Shown here piece by piece: positions 1-9,910 of a stretch of 64,000 nt of DNA. Both the position numbers and the translations under genes were made by a program. The stretch covers positions 93,434 to 157,433 of the forward strand of contig JBDWIC010000006.1 of assembly GCA_039974935.1 (NCBI GenBank), given 5' to 3'. Numbering within the stretch: position 1 is the stretch's first letter; every line of letters begins with the position of its first letter. Under the pieces are notes generated by a model, which saw nothing but the letters and a program-made list of their open reading frames with translations, was not told where the DNA came from and did not search any database. This DNA comes from Lentilitoribacter sp. (GTDB taxonomy: Bacteria > Pseudomonadota > Alphaproteobacteria > Rhizobiales > Rhizobiaceae).

Positions 1-546
1 TTCAAGTGTCTCGGGCGTACCGTTTTTCTCAAGGTATTCAGGTGTTGCGCACAAAACGCGACGAACTGGCGCTAGTTTACGGGCCACGAGGCTTGAATCT
101 TTAAGTTCAGCAATTCGGATAGCTAGATCATAACCTTCGCCGACGATATCAGTCATATCATCGTGGAGGTTTAGATTTATCTGAATGCCCGGGTTTTGTT
201 CGAAAAATTGCTGCAAATGCGGTGCGACATGCATGCGTCCAAAAGACGTGGGAGCTGAGATTTTTAAAATACCACGCGCGACATTTGAACGTCGGCTGAC
301 AAATGATTCCGCTTCTTCAAGGCCTGCAAGAATAGCAACCACGCGTTCGTAGAACCCCTGTCCAGCCTCGGTTAGCGAGATCTGTCGGGTTGTCCTATTC
401 ATCAGTCTTGTTCCAAGTCGGTCCTCTAATCGGCGTAGCCTTTTAGATACAACTGCTGGCGATAAACCCAACTCGCGACCCGCCGCTGACATTGAGCCGG
501 CAGACACCATTCGCGCAAATACTTCTAAATCACCGAGATTATTCAT
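1..546 (-). CDS. LysR-family transcriptional regulator, N-terminal part; the gene runs off the window start
   Basis: Reverse-strand ATG at 546..544. Hand translation MNNLGDLEVFARMVSAGSMSAAGRELGLSPAVVSKRLRRLEDRLGTRL is a typical LysR wHTH, followed by a substrate-domain start. No stop before position 1. Divergent from glcD. Confidence 0.85.
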   Translation of the reverse strand, partial: MNNLGDLEVFARMVSAGSMSAAGRELGLSPAVVSKRLRRLEDRLGTRLMNRTTRQISLTEAGQGFYERVVAILAGLEEAESFVSRRSNVARGILKISAPTSFGRMHVAPHLQQFFEQNPGIQINLNLHDDMTDIVGEGYDLAIRIAELKDSSLVARKLAPVRRVLCATPEYLEKNGTPETLE

Positions 547-708
547 GACACTTTATCCAATACGAGCTTTGAATGTTGTACGTCAAATTTGATTAACTAG
601 ATCATTTTATCAATGTTTACTCAATCCAAATATGAAAAACACTGTTGCGATTGCATCGTAATTAAAAAAGTGGTAAACAAAATTTACCAAAATAGAGTGG
701 AGCCCGTT

Positions 709-2148
709 ATGACGGAGTTGATCAAGTTTCTTGAGCCTAATGCTCAGATTATTTCAAAGCGGCCAAGTATTATCGCAGGGCTTGCACAATTGCTACCAGA
801 TGATTGTCTTATTACCGATGAGCGCGAACTTGTGCCATTTGAAACGGACGCGTTTATCGCTTATCGGCGTTTGCCGCTTGCCGTCGTTCTGCCAGAAACC
901 ACTGAGCAAGTGGCAGAGGTTGTTAAATATTGCCACGAAAATGAAGTGCCTATCGTTCCGCGCGGCGCGGGTACATCTCTCGCAGGGGGAGCGATCCCGC
1001 AGGAAGACGCAATCGTCATTGGCCTGTCAAAGATGAACCGTATCTTGGATGTGGACCTAGCAAATCGCTGTGCTGTCGTTCAGGCAGGCGTCACCAATAT
1101 CGCAATCTCGCAAGAAACAGATTCCGAAGGTTTCTTTTATGCGCCAGATCCAAGTTCGCAGCTTGCATGTACCATTGGTGGCAATATTGGAATGAACTCG
1201 GGTGGGGCGCATTGCTTAAAATATGGTGTGACAACAAATAACCTTTTGGGCCTCAAGATGGTTATGTTTGATGGTACGGTGATTGATCTTGGCGGAAAAG
1301 CGCTAGATATGCCTGGATACGATTTACTCGGTTTGTTGTGCGGATCAGAAGGTCAGATGGGCATTATCACCGAAGCAACGGTGAAATTACTTGCAAAGCC
1401 GGAAGGTGCAAAGCCTGTTTTATTTGGATTTGATAGCCCAGAAGACGCCGGACAATGCGTTAAAGATGTGATCGGTGCAGGCATCATCCCTGTTGCGATA
1501 GAATATATGGATAAGCCCGCGATCGAAATTTGTGAAGCATTCGCAAATGCTGGATATCCTATGGATGTTGAAGCTCTACTGATTGTTGAAGTTGAAGGCT
1601 CGGAAGCTGAGATGGATGCGATGCTGGCAAAAATTATTGAAGTTGCCAAAAAGCATAATGTTAAAACGGTCAAGGAAAGTCAGTCTGCGTTTGAGGCAGC
1701 ATTGATCTGGAAAGGCCGTAAATCAGCATTTGGCGCGACAGGGCGTATTGCTGATTATATGTGTATGGATGGCACTGTGCCGTTGTCCCAACTAGCGTTT
1801 GTTTTGGAAGGCACTGCGAAAATTATTGAGAAGTATGGGTTGCGGGTCGCTAACGTGTTCCATGCAGGCGATGGTAATATGCATCCGCTCATTCTGTTTA
1901 ATATGAATGATCCAGAAGAGAGCATTAAAGCGGAACAAGCGGGAATGGATATCTTGCGTTTGTGCGTTGATGCCGGTGGCTGTTTAACAGGTGAGCATGG
2001 CGTTGGTATCGAAAAACGCGATTTAATGACCCATCAATATTCCAAAGAAGACTTGGATCAACAGATGGCAGTTCGTGCAGCCTTTGATCCAAATTGGCTG
2101 TTTAATCCATCAAAAGTATTCCCATTAGAAGTTAGAGAAGACGCATGA
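709..2148 (+). CDS. glcD: Glycolate oxidase FAD-linked subunit GlcD
   Basis: FAD-binding PCMH domain (PIVPRGAGTSLAGGA) and C-terminal FAD-oxidase domain (GEHGVGIEKR). Followed by glcE and glcF. ATG at 709 follows GAGTGGAG; the longer ORF from 613 adds a non-conserved extension. Confidence 0.9.
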   Translation: MTELIKFLEPNAQIISKRPSIIAGLAQLLPDDCLITDERELVPFETDAFIAYRRLPLAVVLPETTEQVAEVVKYCHENEVPIVPRGAGTSLAGGAIPQEDAIVIGLSKMNRILDVDLANRCAVVQAGVTNIAISQETDSEGFFYAPDPSSQLACTIGGNIGMNSGGAHCLKYGVTTNNLLGLKMVMFDGTVIDLGGKALDMPGYDLLGLLCGSEGQMGIITEATVKLLAKPEGAKPVLFGFDSPEDAGQCVKDVIGAGIIPVAIEYMDKPAIEICEAFANAGYPMDVEALLIVEVEGSEAEMDAMLAKIIEVAKKHNVKTVKESQSAFEAALIWKGRKSAFGATGRIADYMCMDGTVPLSQLAFVLEGTAKIIEKYGLRVANVFHAGDGNMHPLILFNMNDPEESIKAEQAGMDILRLCVDAGGCLTGEHGVGIEKRDLMTHQYSKEDLDQQMAVRAAFDPNWLFNPSKVFPLEVREDA

Positions 2149-3383
2149 GCGAACAAGAATTAATATCGCCTACATCTGCTGATGAATTGGTCGATGCGGT
2201 AAAGAGTGCTTTAGCAAATGGTCAGGCAATTAATGTTCAAGGTTCTGGGACTAAAACGGCCATCGGAAATGATGTTGATGCAAGCGTGCAAATCTCAACA
2301 TCAAAACTCAACGGTGTTAGCGAATATATCCACTCTGAATTAGTGATGACGGCAAAAGCTGGCACGCCTGTTTCAACGGTTCAAAAAGAGCTCGCCAAAA
2401 ACAACCAAATGCTGGCGTTTGAACCTGCCGATTACTCAAATCTGCTGGGTTCAAAAGGTAAACAAACAATAGGCGGCGTGTTTGCCACCAATATGTCTGG
2501 TTCGCGTCGATTAAGTATCGGTGCAGCTCGCGATGCTCTTTTGGGTGTTAAGTTTGTCAATGGAAAAGGCGAGTTGATTAAAAGTGGTGGCAAGGTCATG
2601 AAAAATGTCACGGGTCTTGATCTGGTAAAATTGCTTGCAGGATCGTGGGGCACACTTGGTATTATGAGTGAAGTTACATTTAAGGTTCTGCCGCGACCTG
2701 AGGTAATGAAGACCATTTTGATCAAGGGTTTGAGCGATGCAGATGCAACGAAAGCCATGGCATTGGCGATGGCGCAATCAACAGAGGTTTCATCTGCTGC
2801 CCATCTGCCGAAATCTGTAAGCGGTGCATTTTTAGATGGCACCTTTTCAGACCAATCAATTACCGCTCTGCGCTTGGAAGGCTTGGATGAATCCGTCAAT
2901 GACAGAGAGAAACGTCTCATTGATGCGTTGTCTGAATATTCAGATCTAATAGTTATAGAGACAGAACAATCCGCAAAGCTCTGGCGAGAGATTGCTGATG
3001 TGAAACCATTTTGTGGCACCAATTCAATTGTTTGGAAAGTTTCCGTTGCGCCATCGCAAGGGCATAACCTTGTCGCAAAATTAGTGCAAAAGACAGAAGT
3101 CGATGCTTTTTATGATTGGCAAGGCGGGTTGGTCTGGTTGTCTTTAAAATCAGGGCAACATGGATCGGACATTCGTCAAACCATCAAAGAAGTTGGCGGT
3201 GGCCACGCGACACTCATTCGTGCAGATGACGATGCGCGTGCGCAAGTCGATGTATTTGAACCTCAGTCGCTTCCTGTCGCAGCACTTTCCGCGCGCATCA
3301 AAGCACAAATTGATCCTAAAAACATCTTTAATCCCGGTCGTATGTCCTTAAACGATGATACGATAAATAAAGCGGCGGTTTAA
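2145..3383 (+). CDS. glcE: Glycolate oxidase FAD-binding subunit GlcE
   Basis: FAD-binding-4 type domain. 4-nt ATGA overlap with glcD. Sits between glcD and glcF. Confidence 0.85.
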   Translation: MSEQELISPTSADELVDAVKSALANGQAINVQGSGTKTAIGNDVDASVQISTSKLNGVSEYIHSELVMTAKAGTPVSTVQKELAKNNQMLAFEPADYSNLLGSKGKQTIGGVFATNMSGSRRLSIGAARDALLGVKFVNGKGELIKSGGKVMKNVTGLDLVKLLAGSWGTLGIMSEVTFKVLPRPEVMKTILIKGLSDADATKAMALAMAQSTEVSSAAHLPKSVSGAFLDGTFSDQSITALRLEGLDESVNDREKRLIDALSEYSDLIVIETEQSAKLWREIADVKPFCGTNSIVWKVSVAPSQGHNLVAKLVQKTEVDAFYDWQGGLVWLSLKSGQHGSDIRQTIKEVGGGHATLIRADDDARAQVDVFEPQSLPVAALSARIKAQIDPKNIFNPGRMSLNDDTINKAAV

Positions 3384-3387
3384 TAAT

Positions 3388-4689
3388 ATGAGAACAACAT
3401 TTTCACCTGATCAGCTCAAGGATCCAATGGTCTCTGAATCTGAGGCGATCTTACGTAAGTGCGTACATTGTGGGTTTTGTACTGCAACTTGCCCAACCTA
3501 TGTCACGCTTGGCAACGAACTCGATAGTCCGCGTGGTCGAATTTATCTCATCAAAGATATGCTTGAAAACAATCGCCCTGCAGATGAGAAGACGGTTAAA
3601 CACCTTGATCGTTGTTTGTCATGCCTTGCTTGCACCACAACTTGTCCGTCTGGTGTTGATTACATGCATTTGATTGACAACGCGCGTGCATATATTGAAA
3701 AGACATATGATCGTCCAATGATGGACAAAATTATCAGAGCGATCTTGGTCAATGTTTTGCCATATCCAAAACGCTTTCGTTTGGCGCTTCGTTTTGCGCA
3801 AATCGGCAGACCGTTCGCAGGTTTATTCAAGAAGGTTTCAGCATTTAAACCTATGGGAGCTATGCTTGATTTAGCACCTAAATCTATCCCGTCAGATAGC
3901 TCCTCAGCGCTACCTGGTGTCCGAGCTGCTAAAGGAAAAAAACGCGCACGTATTGCAATCTTATCAGGCTGTGCGCAACCAGTGCTTAACCCAACAATAA
4001 ATCAGGCTACAATGGATCTTCTTAATCGTTTTGATGTTGAAGTTGTTGTGCCTGAAGGCGAGGGATGTTGTGGTGCTCTAACCCACCATATGGGTCGTGA
4101 ACACGTTGCGCATCAATCTGCTAAAAACAATGTGGATGTGTGGACACGTGAAATTGAAAATGGTGGTTTAGATGCGATCATCATCACTGCATCAGGCTGT
4201 GGCACGACGATTAAAGACTATGGGCACATGCTACGTGATGACCCTGAATATGCTGAGAAAGCAAAACGAGTTTCGGAACTTGCAAAAGATATAACAGAAT
4301 TTTTGGTCACTCTTGAATTGCCTAAAGTAACGCGTGATGAAGAGATGATTGTCACATATCATTCTGCTTGTTCAATGCAACATGGCCAGAAAATCACAAA
4401 TCATCCTAAAGATCTGTTGCGTAGCGCAGGCTATACCGTGCGTGAACCAGCTGAAGGTCATTTATGCTGCGGTTCGGCAGGAACTTACAATATTATGCAA
4501 AGCGAAATAGCTGATAAACTAAAGACGCGCAAAGTTGGAAATCTTGAGCGTACAAAACCTGATGTCATTGCAGCGGGGAATATAGGCTGCATTACCCAAA
4601 TTGGTTCAGGCACTGATATCCCAATTATTCACACAATCGAATTACTTAACTGGGCTTATGGTGGACCAAAGCCAACTGGGATAAACTAA
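3388..4689 (+). CDS. glcF: Glycolate oxidase iron-sulfur subunit GlcF
   Basis: Two 4Fe-4S motifs (CVHCGFCTATCP, CLSCLACTTTCP) and C-terminal CCG cysteine-rich domains (CCGA, CCGSAG). Confidence 0.9.
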   Translation: MRTTFSPDQLKDPMVSESEAILRKCVHCGFCTATCPTYVTLGNELDSPRGRIYLIKDMLENNRPADEKTVKHLDRCLSCLACTTTCPSGVDYMHLIDNARAYIEKTYDRPMMDKIIRAILVNVLPYPKRFRLALRFAQIGRPFAGLFKKVSAFKPMGAMLDLAPKSIPSDSSSALPGVRAAKGKKRARIAILSGCAQPVLNPTINQATMDLLNRFDVEVVVPEGEGCCGALTHHMGREHVAHQSAKNNVDVWTREIENGGLDAIIITASGCGTTIKDYGHMLRDDPEYAEKAKRVSELAKDITEFLVTLELPKVTRDEEMIVTYHSACSMQHGQKITNHPKDLLRSAGYTVREPAEGHLCCGSAGTYNIMQSEIADKLKTRKVGNLERTKPDVIAAGNIGCITQIGSGTDIPIIHTIELLNWAYGGPKPTGIN

Positions 4690-4730
4690 ACGCAACGGCA
4701 ATGCCCCTTATGTTAAAAAGTCCAAGTAAC

Positions 4731-4771
4731 AAAAAACCCAGCTGATCAGATCAACTGGGTTTATTTTTTTG
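4731..4771. terminator. Bidirectional rho-independent terminator between glcF and the convergent L,D-transpeptidase gene
   Basis: Hairpin aacccag..(loop)..ctgggtt at about 4736-4762, flanked by an A-run upstream and a T-run (tttattttttt) downstream. Confidence 0.6.
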
Positions 4772-4790
4772 TTTCTTATGGCTGCTATTA

Positions 4791-5468
4791 TTAAGCGCCG
4801 AAAATACCTTTTTTCACAGTGTAGTATTTGCTGCTAGACTGACCAGGCCCAATAACAATTACTTTTGTGCCAACAGGCGCACGCTTATAAAGATGCTCGA
4901 CATCTTTATTGACCATGCGGATACAGCCAGATGACATGTTGTGACCGATCGTCCAAGGTTGGTTTGTACCGTGGATGCGGAAAATCGTATCACGGCCACC
5001 ACGGTAAAGGTAAAGTGCACGAGCACCAAGAGGGTTGTTAATACCACCTTTCATAAAAGGAGGGATCTTACGGCCCTTACGAGCTTCGCGTGCGATCATT
5101 GTTTTCGGAGGCGTCCAAGAAGGCCATTCAGCTTTGCGGCCAATTTTAACAGTACCGCTCCAGCCAAAGCCGTCGCGACCAACACCAACACCATAACGGA
5201 TAGCTCTGTTCTTCTTAGTGATCAGATAAAGATATTTCGTGTTTGAATCGATAATGATCGTTCCAGGCTTCTGGTTTGTGTCGATCCGAACATTACGGCG
5301 CTTAAACTTTGGGTTAACGCGTTTTTTAGATGCTGCTAAAATCACATCACTCTGTTGAGCTTCAGCAACTGGCGCTTGATTAAATGTGAAGGCAAATGCG
5401 CTTGGCGCAGCGATAATAAGTGCAAGACCAACACTTATCATCATTGTAATTTTTCTCATATAACTCAT
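4791..5468 (-). CDS. L,D-transpeptidase (YkuD domain), exported
   Basis: Catalytic motif HGTNQPWTIGHNMSSGCIRM. Signal peptide MSYMRKITMMISVGLALIIAAPSAFA. ATG at 5468 follows GGGGAG; the ORF extends to 5546. Confidence 0.85.
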   Translation of the reverse strand: MSYMRKITMMISVGLALIIAAPSAFAFTFNQAPVAEAQQSDVILAASKKRVNPKFKRRNVRIDTNQKPGTIIIDSNTKYLYLITKKNRAIRYGVGVGRDGFGWSGTVKIGRKAEWPSWTPPKTMIAREARKGRKIPPFMKGGINNPLGARALYLYRGGRDTIFRIHGTNQPWTIGHNMSSGCIRMVNKDVEHLYKRAPVGTKVIVIGPGQSSSKYYTVKKGIFGA

Positions 5469-5657
5469 GTTTATGAGCTCCCCTTTATTGAAATATACCC
5501 AGAAAATACCACTGTTTTTTAATTGTGCAATATCAACTGCGATCAATTTGTTACTGATCTTAATAAAATTTGATAATCAATTATCAACCCCATAAACAAA
5601 GTGACCTTAGATTGTTATGTCTAAGGTCACAAATAGAGTTTCTTATGAGACTTAAAG

Positions 5658-6395
5658 TTATATAACGCGAACTTTCGCACCGACGCGCGCGCGCTCATAT
5701 AAATCCACGACATCTTGATTTCGCATGCGGATACACCCTGATGAAACTGCTTGGCCAATCGTCCACGGCTGATTTGTTCCATGGATTCGATAAAGTGTTG
5801 AACCAAGGTATAAAGCGCGTGCACCCAATGGGTTTTGCGGGCCGCCTTCCATAAAGGTTGGTAAGTGACGCCCTTTTTTCTTTTCACGCGCAATCATTTC
5901 AGCAGGTGGACGCCAAGATGGCCACTCTTTCTTTTGGGTAATTTTTTCTGATCCGGTCCATTCAAACCCGGCTTTACCTACACCAACGCCATAGCGACGT
6001 GCTTTGCCATCACCCATGACGAGGTATAAGAAGCGGCTTTGTGTATCGATAATAATCGTTCCGGCTTTTTCACTCGAATTATATGCAACCACTTGCGGCA
6101 AAAACTGCGAAGCGATCTGCGGTTTAGTCGCCTTCTTTTTCTGCACAGGCTTGACCGATGCTTGGCGATACTTCCGTGGCTTTTGCGGTGTCACAGCATA
6201 ACGGCGCGTGACTTGTCGTTGGGCTTGAGGCGCCTGCGCGCGCGCTTGCCCACCATTTAATTGCATAACCCATGGGGCTGCTAAATCCGGGCTCAATATA
6301 ACCGGTGGTTTCGTGTGGTATCTATCATTTGCAGATGTTGGGGACACAAATGCGATTGCTGCAGCCAAAGCTGATAATATAACTGTATTTCTCAT
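5658..6395 (-). CDS. L,D-transpeptidase (YkuD domain), exported, with a Pro/Lys/Gln-rich linker
   Basis: Motif HGTNQPWTIGQAVSSGCIRM. Signal peptide MRNTVILSALAAAIAFVSPTSA. ATG at 6395 is one codon inside the TTG-initiated ORF. Confidence 0.85.
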   Translation of the reverse strand: MRNTVILSALAAAIAFVSPTSANDRYHTKPPVILSPDLAAPWVMQLNGGQARAQAPQAQRQVTRRYAVTPQKPRKYRQASVKPVQKKKATKPQIASQFLPQVVAYNSSEKAGTIIIDTQSRFLYLVMGDGKARRYGVGVGKAGFEWTGSEKITQKKEWPSWRPPAEMIAREKKKGRHLPTFMEGGPQNPLGARALYLGSTLYRIHGTNQPWTIGQAVSSGCIRMRNQDVVDLYERARVGAKVRVI

Positions 6396-6626
6396 CAAAC
6401 GGACTCTTTACATTTCGTTGATCGGAACTCACCCTTTACGCGGGATTAAAAATGATTGTCCGTGACCTTTCATACCAATTTATGAATCAGATATAGATAA
6501 GACTTGATATTGCTCATAAAGCTTTTATCAGGGTTATTAAGTGGTTCATCCATTTAGTTAACAATATCTAAAATTAAGATTTGCAGGCAAATTTTGAAGA
6601 TTAGCCAGCAATTTGGAGGAAATTTC

Positions 6627-7268
6627 ATGGCAGATGACGGGTTGATTACGGGTGAAGACGGCATAACAAGATGCGCCTGGGCTGGAAGTTCGGCAGATTA
6701 TTTAGACTACCATGATAATGAATGGGGCCATCCTGTTGCTGATGACACAAGGCTTTTTGAGAAGATATGCTTGGAGGGTTTTCAATCAGGTTTGTCATGG
6801 ATCACGATCTTGCGAAAACGAGAAAATTTTCGAAAAGCATTTGCAGGATTTGATATTCCAACAGTTGCAAAATTCGGTGAAGACCACATCGAAGAACTGG
6901 TGCAGGATGCTGGTATCATCCGCCATCGCGGTAAAATTAAATCGGTCATCAATAATGCAAACCGCGCATTGGAAATGCAAAAAGAGTTTGGCTCGCTCGC
7001 CATCTACTTCTGGGCCCAAGAGCCGGATGAAAGCGAGCGTCCAAAAATCTGCGATTTTGAAACGTTAAGGACAATGGGCAAAACCGAGCGTTCAACCGCA
7101 ATTTCCAAGGATTTAAAAAAACGCGGTTGGAGCTTTGTTGGTCCAACGACCGTTTATGCGTTCATGCAAGCAATGGGCATGGTCAATGACCATCTTGAAG
7201 GTTGTTATCACCGCCAAGTGGTTGAAGAAAAGCGCGCTGCATTTGTGCGTCCTAAAGCAAAAAGTTAG
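6627..7268 (+). CDS. tag: DNA-3-methyladenine glycosylase I
   Basis: RCAWAG...YHDNEWGHP...CLEGFQSGLSWITILRKRENFRKAF closely matches the Tag family signature. ATG at 6627 follows GGAGG. Confidence 0.85.
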   Translation: MADDGLITGEDGITRCAWAGSSADYLDYHDNEWGHPVADDTRLFEKICLEGFQSGLSWITILRKRENFRKAFAGFDIPTVAKFGEDHIEELVQDAGIIRHRGKIKSVINNANRALEMQKEFGSLAIYFWAQEPDESERPKICDFETLRTMGKTERSTAISKDLKKRGWSFVGPTTVYAFMQAMGMVNDHLEGCYHRQVVEEKRAAFVRPKAKS

Positions 7269-8188
7269 GCGCGTTTTGCTTTTATCAAAATTGATATTGC
7301 AACACCGCCTAATATCAATGCTGATGCGAGCACAAATCTGAATGTCAAAGGTTCTGATAAAAAGATCAAGCCGCCTATCCCCGCAACGACGGGAACGGTT
7401 AGTTGTACAATTGATGCGCGTGTCGCGGTGAGCTGCGGCAACACTTTGTACCAGAGCGCATAGCCCATGCCTGATGTGATCGCGCCGGATGCGATCGCTA
7501 ATATTACACCGTAAGTAGTTATCTGACTTATTGATAATGTGATCAATAAAAGTGCCAGTCCCATGGGTACAGATAATAAGAAATTTCCAGCCGTTGCCTT
7601 AAGCGGATCGGAGGAAGATTTTCCCCTTAATGAGTAAGCGCCCCAAGCAATGCCTGATACTGCCATGAGCATGGCAGCAATAGGATCAGGTGCTTCAAGT
7701 CCGGGTGAGACCAGCCAAATAAATGCACCAAATGCAACGAATATTCCAAGCCATTCAAATAAGCTTGGTCTATCGCCTTTAAACAATGCCCAGCCGATCA
7801 TTACAGCTTGCACGCAGGCAAATAATATCAAAGCACCAACGCCAGTTTCAATATTTACATATGAAAACGAAAATGATGCTGCGTATGCAAAGAGGCAGAA
7901 CGCAGAAACAAGATTGCCATGGCTTAAATTCTTTTTGCTAACTCCACTTGAGACACACACCAACAATGCAAGCATAATCGCGCCAGATAAAAGCCGGATA
8001 AATGAATAGCTCGATGGATCTATTGCATCCCCTTCCAGCGCCACGCGTCCAAATATTGAATTGGCGCCAAAGGCAATCATGGTAACTGTGGTGAGAAGAA
8101 AAATACGCAAATGGAACTCCAGCCGTTTGGTCCTTTTAACACATAAAAACCTGTTTGTTTGAAGTGAATAAAGATCGGTTATGATCAA
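7265..8188 (-). CDS. EamA/DMT-family transporter (10-TM permease)
   Basis: Highly hydrophobic, two-repeat EamA-like architecture. The true start is probably downstream of 8188, because the first ~30 aa are not membrane-like. Confidence 0.7.
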   Translation of the reverse strand: MIITDLYSLQTNRFLCVKRTKRLEFHLRIFLLTTVTMIAFGANSIFGRVALEGDAIDPSSYSFIRLLSGAIMLALLVCVSSGVSKKNLSHGNLVSAFCLFAYAASFSFSYVNIETGVGALILFACVQAVMIGWALFKGDRPSLFEWLGIFVAFGAFIWLVSPGLEAPDPIAAMLMAVSGIAWGAYSLRGKSSSDPLKATAGNFLLSVPMGLALLLITLSISQITTYGVILAIASGAITSGMGYALWYKVLPQLTATRASIVQLTVPVVAGIGGLIFLSEPLTFRFVLASALILGGVAISILIKAKRA

Positions 8189-8320
8189 TTTAAGTTGATC
8201 CTTTTCCTAAAGGAGCGAATTGCCATCCAATAAACTAGTTCAGAAAGCTTGCCGCGCTCGCCGCAATGGGCTAACAAGCGGGCAATTCCGGCAAATGATA
8301 ATCGATCTTGAGATTTCCCC

Positions 8321-9889
8321 ATGAGTGAAAAGAAGAAAAAGAAAAAACCGCAAAGATTAAGAGCGCGTCTGCCGCGTGGTTTTCCAGATCGCAGCCCAGG
8401 TGATATTCGTGCCACAGACGAGATGCTCGGTAAAATTAAGTCGGTTTATGAGCGTTTTGGTTTTGAGCCTGTTGAAACACCAATGTTTGAATATACGGAC
8501 GCCTTGGGTAAGTTCCTGCCGGATACGGATCGTCCCAATGCGGGCGTCTTTTCGCTTCAGGACGATGATGAACAATGGATGTCATTACGTTATGATCTAA
8601 CCGCACCGCTTGCGCGTCATGTGGCTGAAAATTTCAACGAAATTCAATTGCCATATCGCACCTATCGTAATGGTTGGGTGTTCCGCAATGAAAAGCCCGG
8701 TCCGGGTCGTTTCCGCCAGTTTATGCAGTTTGATGCTGATATCGTCGGCGCACCGGGTGTGCAGGCTGATGCTGAAATGTGCATGATGATGTCTGATACC
8801 ATGGAAGCGCTTGGCATTAAGCGTGGTGACTATGTGATCCGTGTGAATAATCGTAAGATTCTTGACGGCCTGATGGAAGCTATTGGTCTCGGCGGCGATG
8901 AAAACACTGAGCGACGCCTAACCGTACTTCGTGCGATGGACAAGCTTGATAAGTTTGGCATTGAAGGCGTCAAACTTCTTTTAGGTTCGGGACGCTGGGA
9001 TGGCGGCGAAGAAGGAGAGGGGGATTTCACCGAAGGTGCCAACCTCTCAGATGAAGGTTCAAATGCGATCATTGATATCTTGTCTGCCTCTAGCTTGAGC
9101 GAACTCGTCAGCGAAGGTGAGGCGCTTACATTTAAAAGCGCAGCCCTCTCGGCACTTGAGCTCAACAACACTTTTGAAGCTGGCTTTAACGAATTGCGCA
9201 TGATTGCAAACATTGTAACAGCTTCTGGATATGATGGTGACAGAGTTAAAATCGACCCATCAGTCGTTCGTGGTCTCGAATATTATACTGGCCCTGTTTA
9301 TGAAGCCGAATTGCTTTTCGATGTGGTCAATGAAAAAGGCAAAAAAGTGCAGTTTGGTTCTGTCGGCGGTGGTGGCCGTTATGATGGCTTAGTCTCGCGC
9401 TTTATGGGCCAGCCTGTGCCAGCAACTGGATTTTCCATCGGTGTTTCACGCCTCATGACTGCGCTAAAAAACCTAGGCAAATTGGGTGGTGCGGATGAAG
9501 TTGGACCTGTTTTGGTCACAGTCATGGACAAGAAAATGTTGTCTGACTATGCACTTCTTGCACATAAGCTCCGATCAGAACTTGCAGAAGAGTTTCCTGA
9601 TTTTCCGGTAGAGCTTTATCAAGGCAATCCAAAGAACTTTGGCAATCAGTTAAAATATGCGGATCGCAGAGCATCACCGATCGCTATCATTCAAGGTTCG
9701 GATGAAAAAGAAAATGGTGAAGTTCAGATCAAAGATTTGATTGAAGGTAAGCGTTTATCCGAGCATATCGAAGATAATGCAGAATGGCGCTCAAGCCGAC
9801 CTGCGCAAGTTTCTGCATCCGTAGATGATATGGTTAAAAAAGTTCGTGAGATTTTGCGAGCACAAGCAAATGACCGCAACAGCATTTAA
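8321..9889 (+). CDS. hisS: Histidine--tRNA ligase (long alphaproteobacterial type)
   Basis: Class II motifs ([29 protein letters not shown]; GGGGRYDGL) and a C-terminal anticodon-binding domain. Lys-rich N-terminus [11 protein letters not shown]. Confidence 0.95.
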   Translation: MSEKKKKKKPQRLRARLPRGFPDRSPGDIRATDEMLGKIKSVYERFGFEPVETPMFEYTDALGKFLPDTDRPNAGVFSLQDDDEQWMSLRYDLTAPLARHVAENFNEIQLPYRTYRNGWVFRNEKPGPGRFRQFMQFDADIVGAPGVQADAEMCMMMSDTMEALGIKRGDYVIRVNNRKILDGLMEAIGLGGDENTERRLTVLRAMDKLDKFGIEGVKLLLGSGRWDGGEEGEGDFTEGANLSDEGSNAIIDILSASSLSELVSEGEALTFKSAALSALELNNTFEAGFNELRMIANIVTASGYDGDRVKIDPSVVRGLEYYTGPVYEAELLFDVVNEKGKKVQFGSVGGGGRYDGLVSRFMGQPVPATGFSIGVSRLMTALKNLGKLGGADEVGPVLVTVMDKKMLSDYALLAHKLRSELAEEFPDFPVELYQGNPKNFGNQLKYADRRASPIAIIQGSDEKENGEVQIKDLIEGKRLSEHIEDNAEWRSSRPAQVSASVDDMVKKVREILRAQANDRNSI

Positions 9890-9910
9890 TAAGTTCAGGT
9901 TGAATGAGCA

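Noticed and set aside
613-708. N-terminal extension of the glcD ORF (MFTQSKYEKHCCDCIV...)
   Set aside because: The extension reaches to within 67 nt of the divergent LysR gene start, leaving little room for the shared promoter region. It is not GlcD-like, and the ATG at 709 has a good RBS.
2432-3022. 196-aa ORF antisense to glcE
   Set aside because: It has no recognisable motifs and an Ser/Arg/Pro-rich antisense composition. It is fully embedded in a well-supported gene.
8185-8415. 76-aa ORF opposite the hisS start containing FFFFFF
   Set aside because: The poly-Phe run is the reverse complement of the hisS poly-Lys tract. The ORF spans an intergenic region and the hisS 5' end, and has no coding features.
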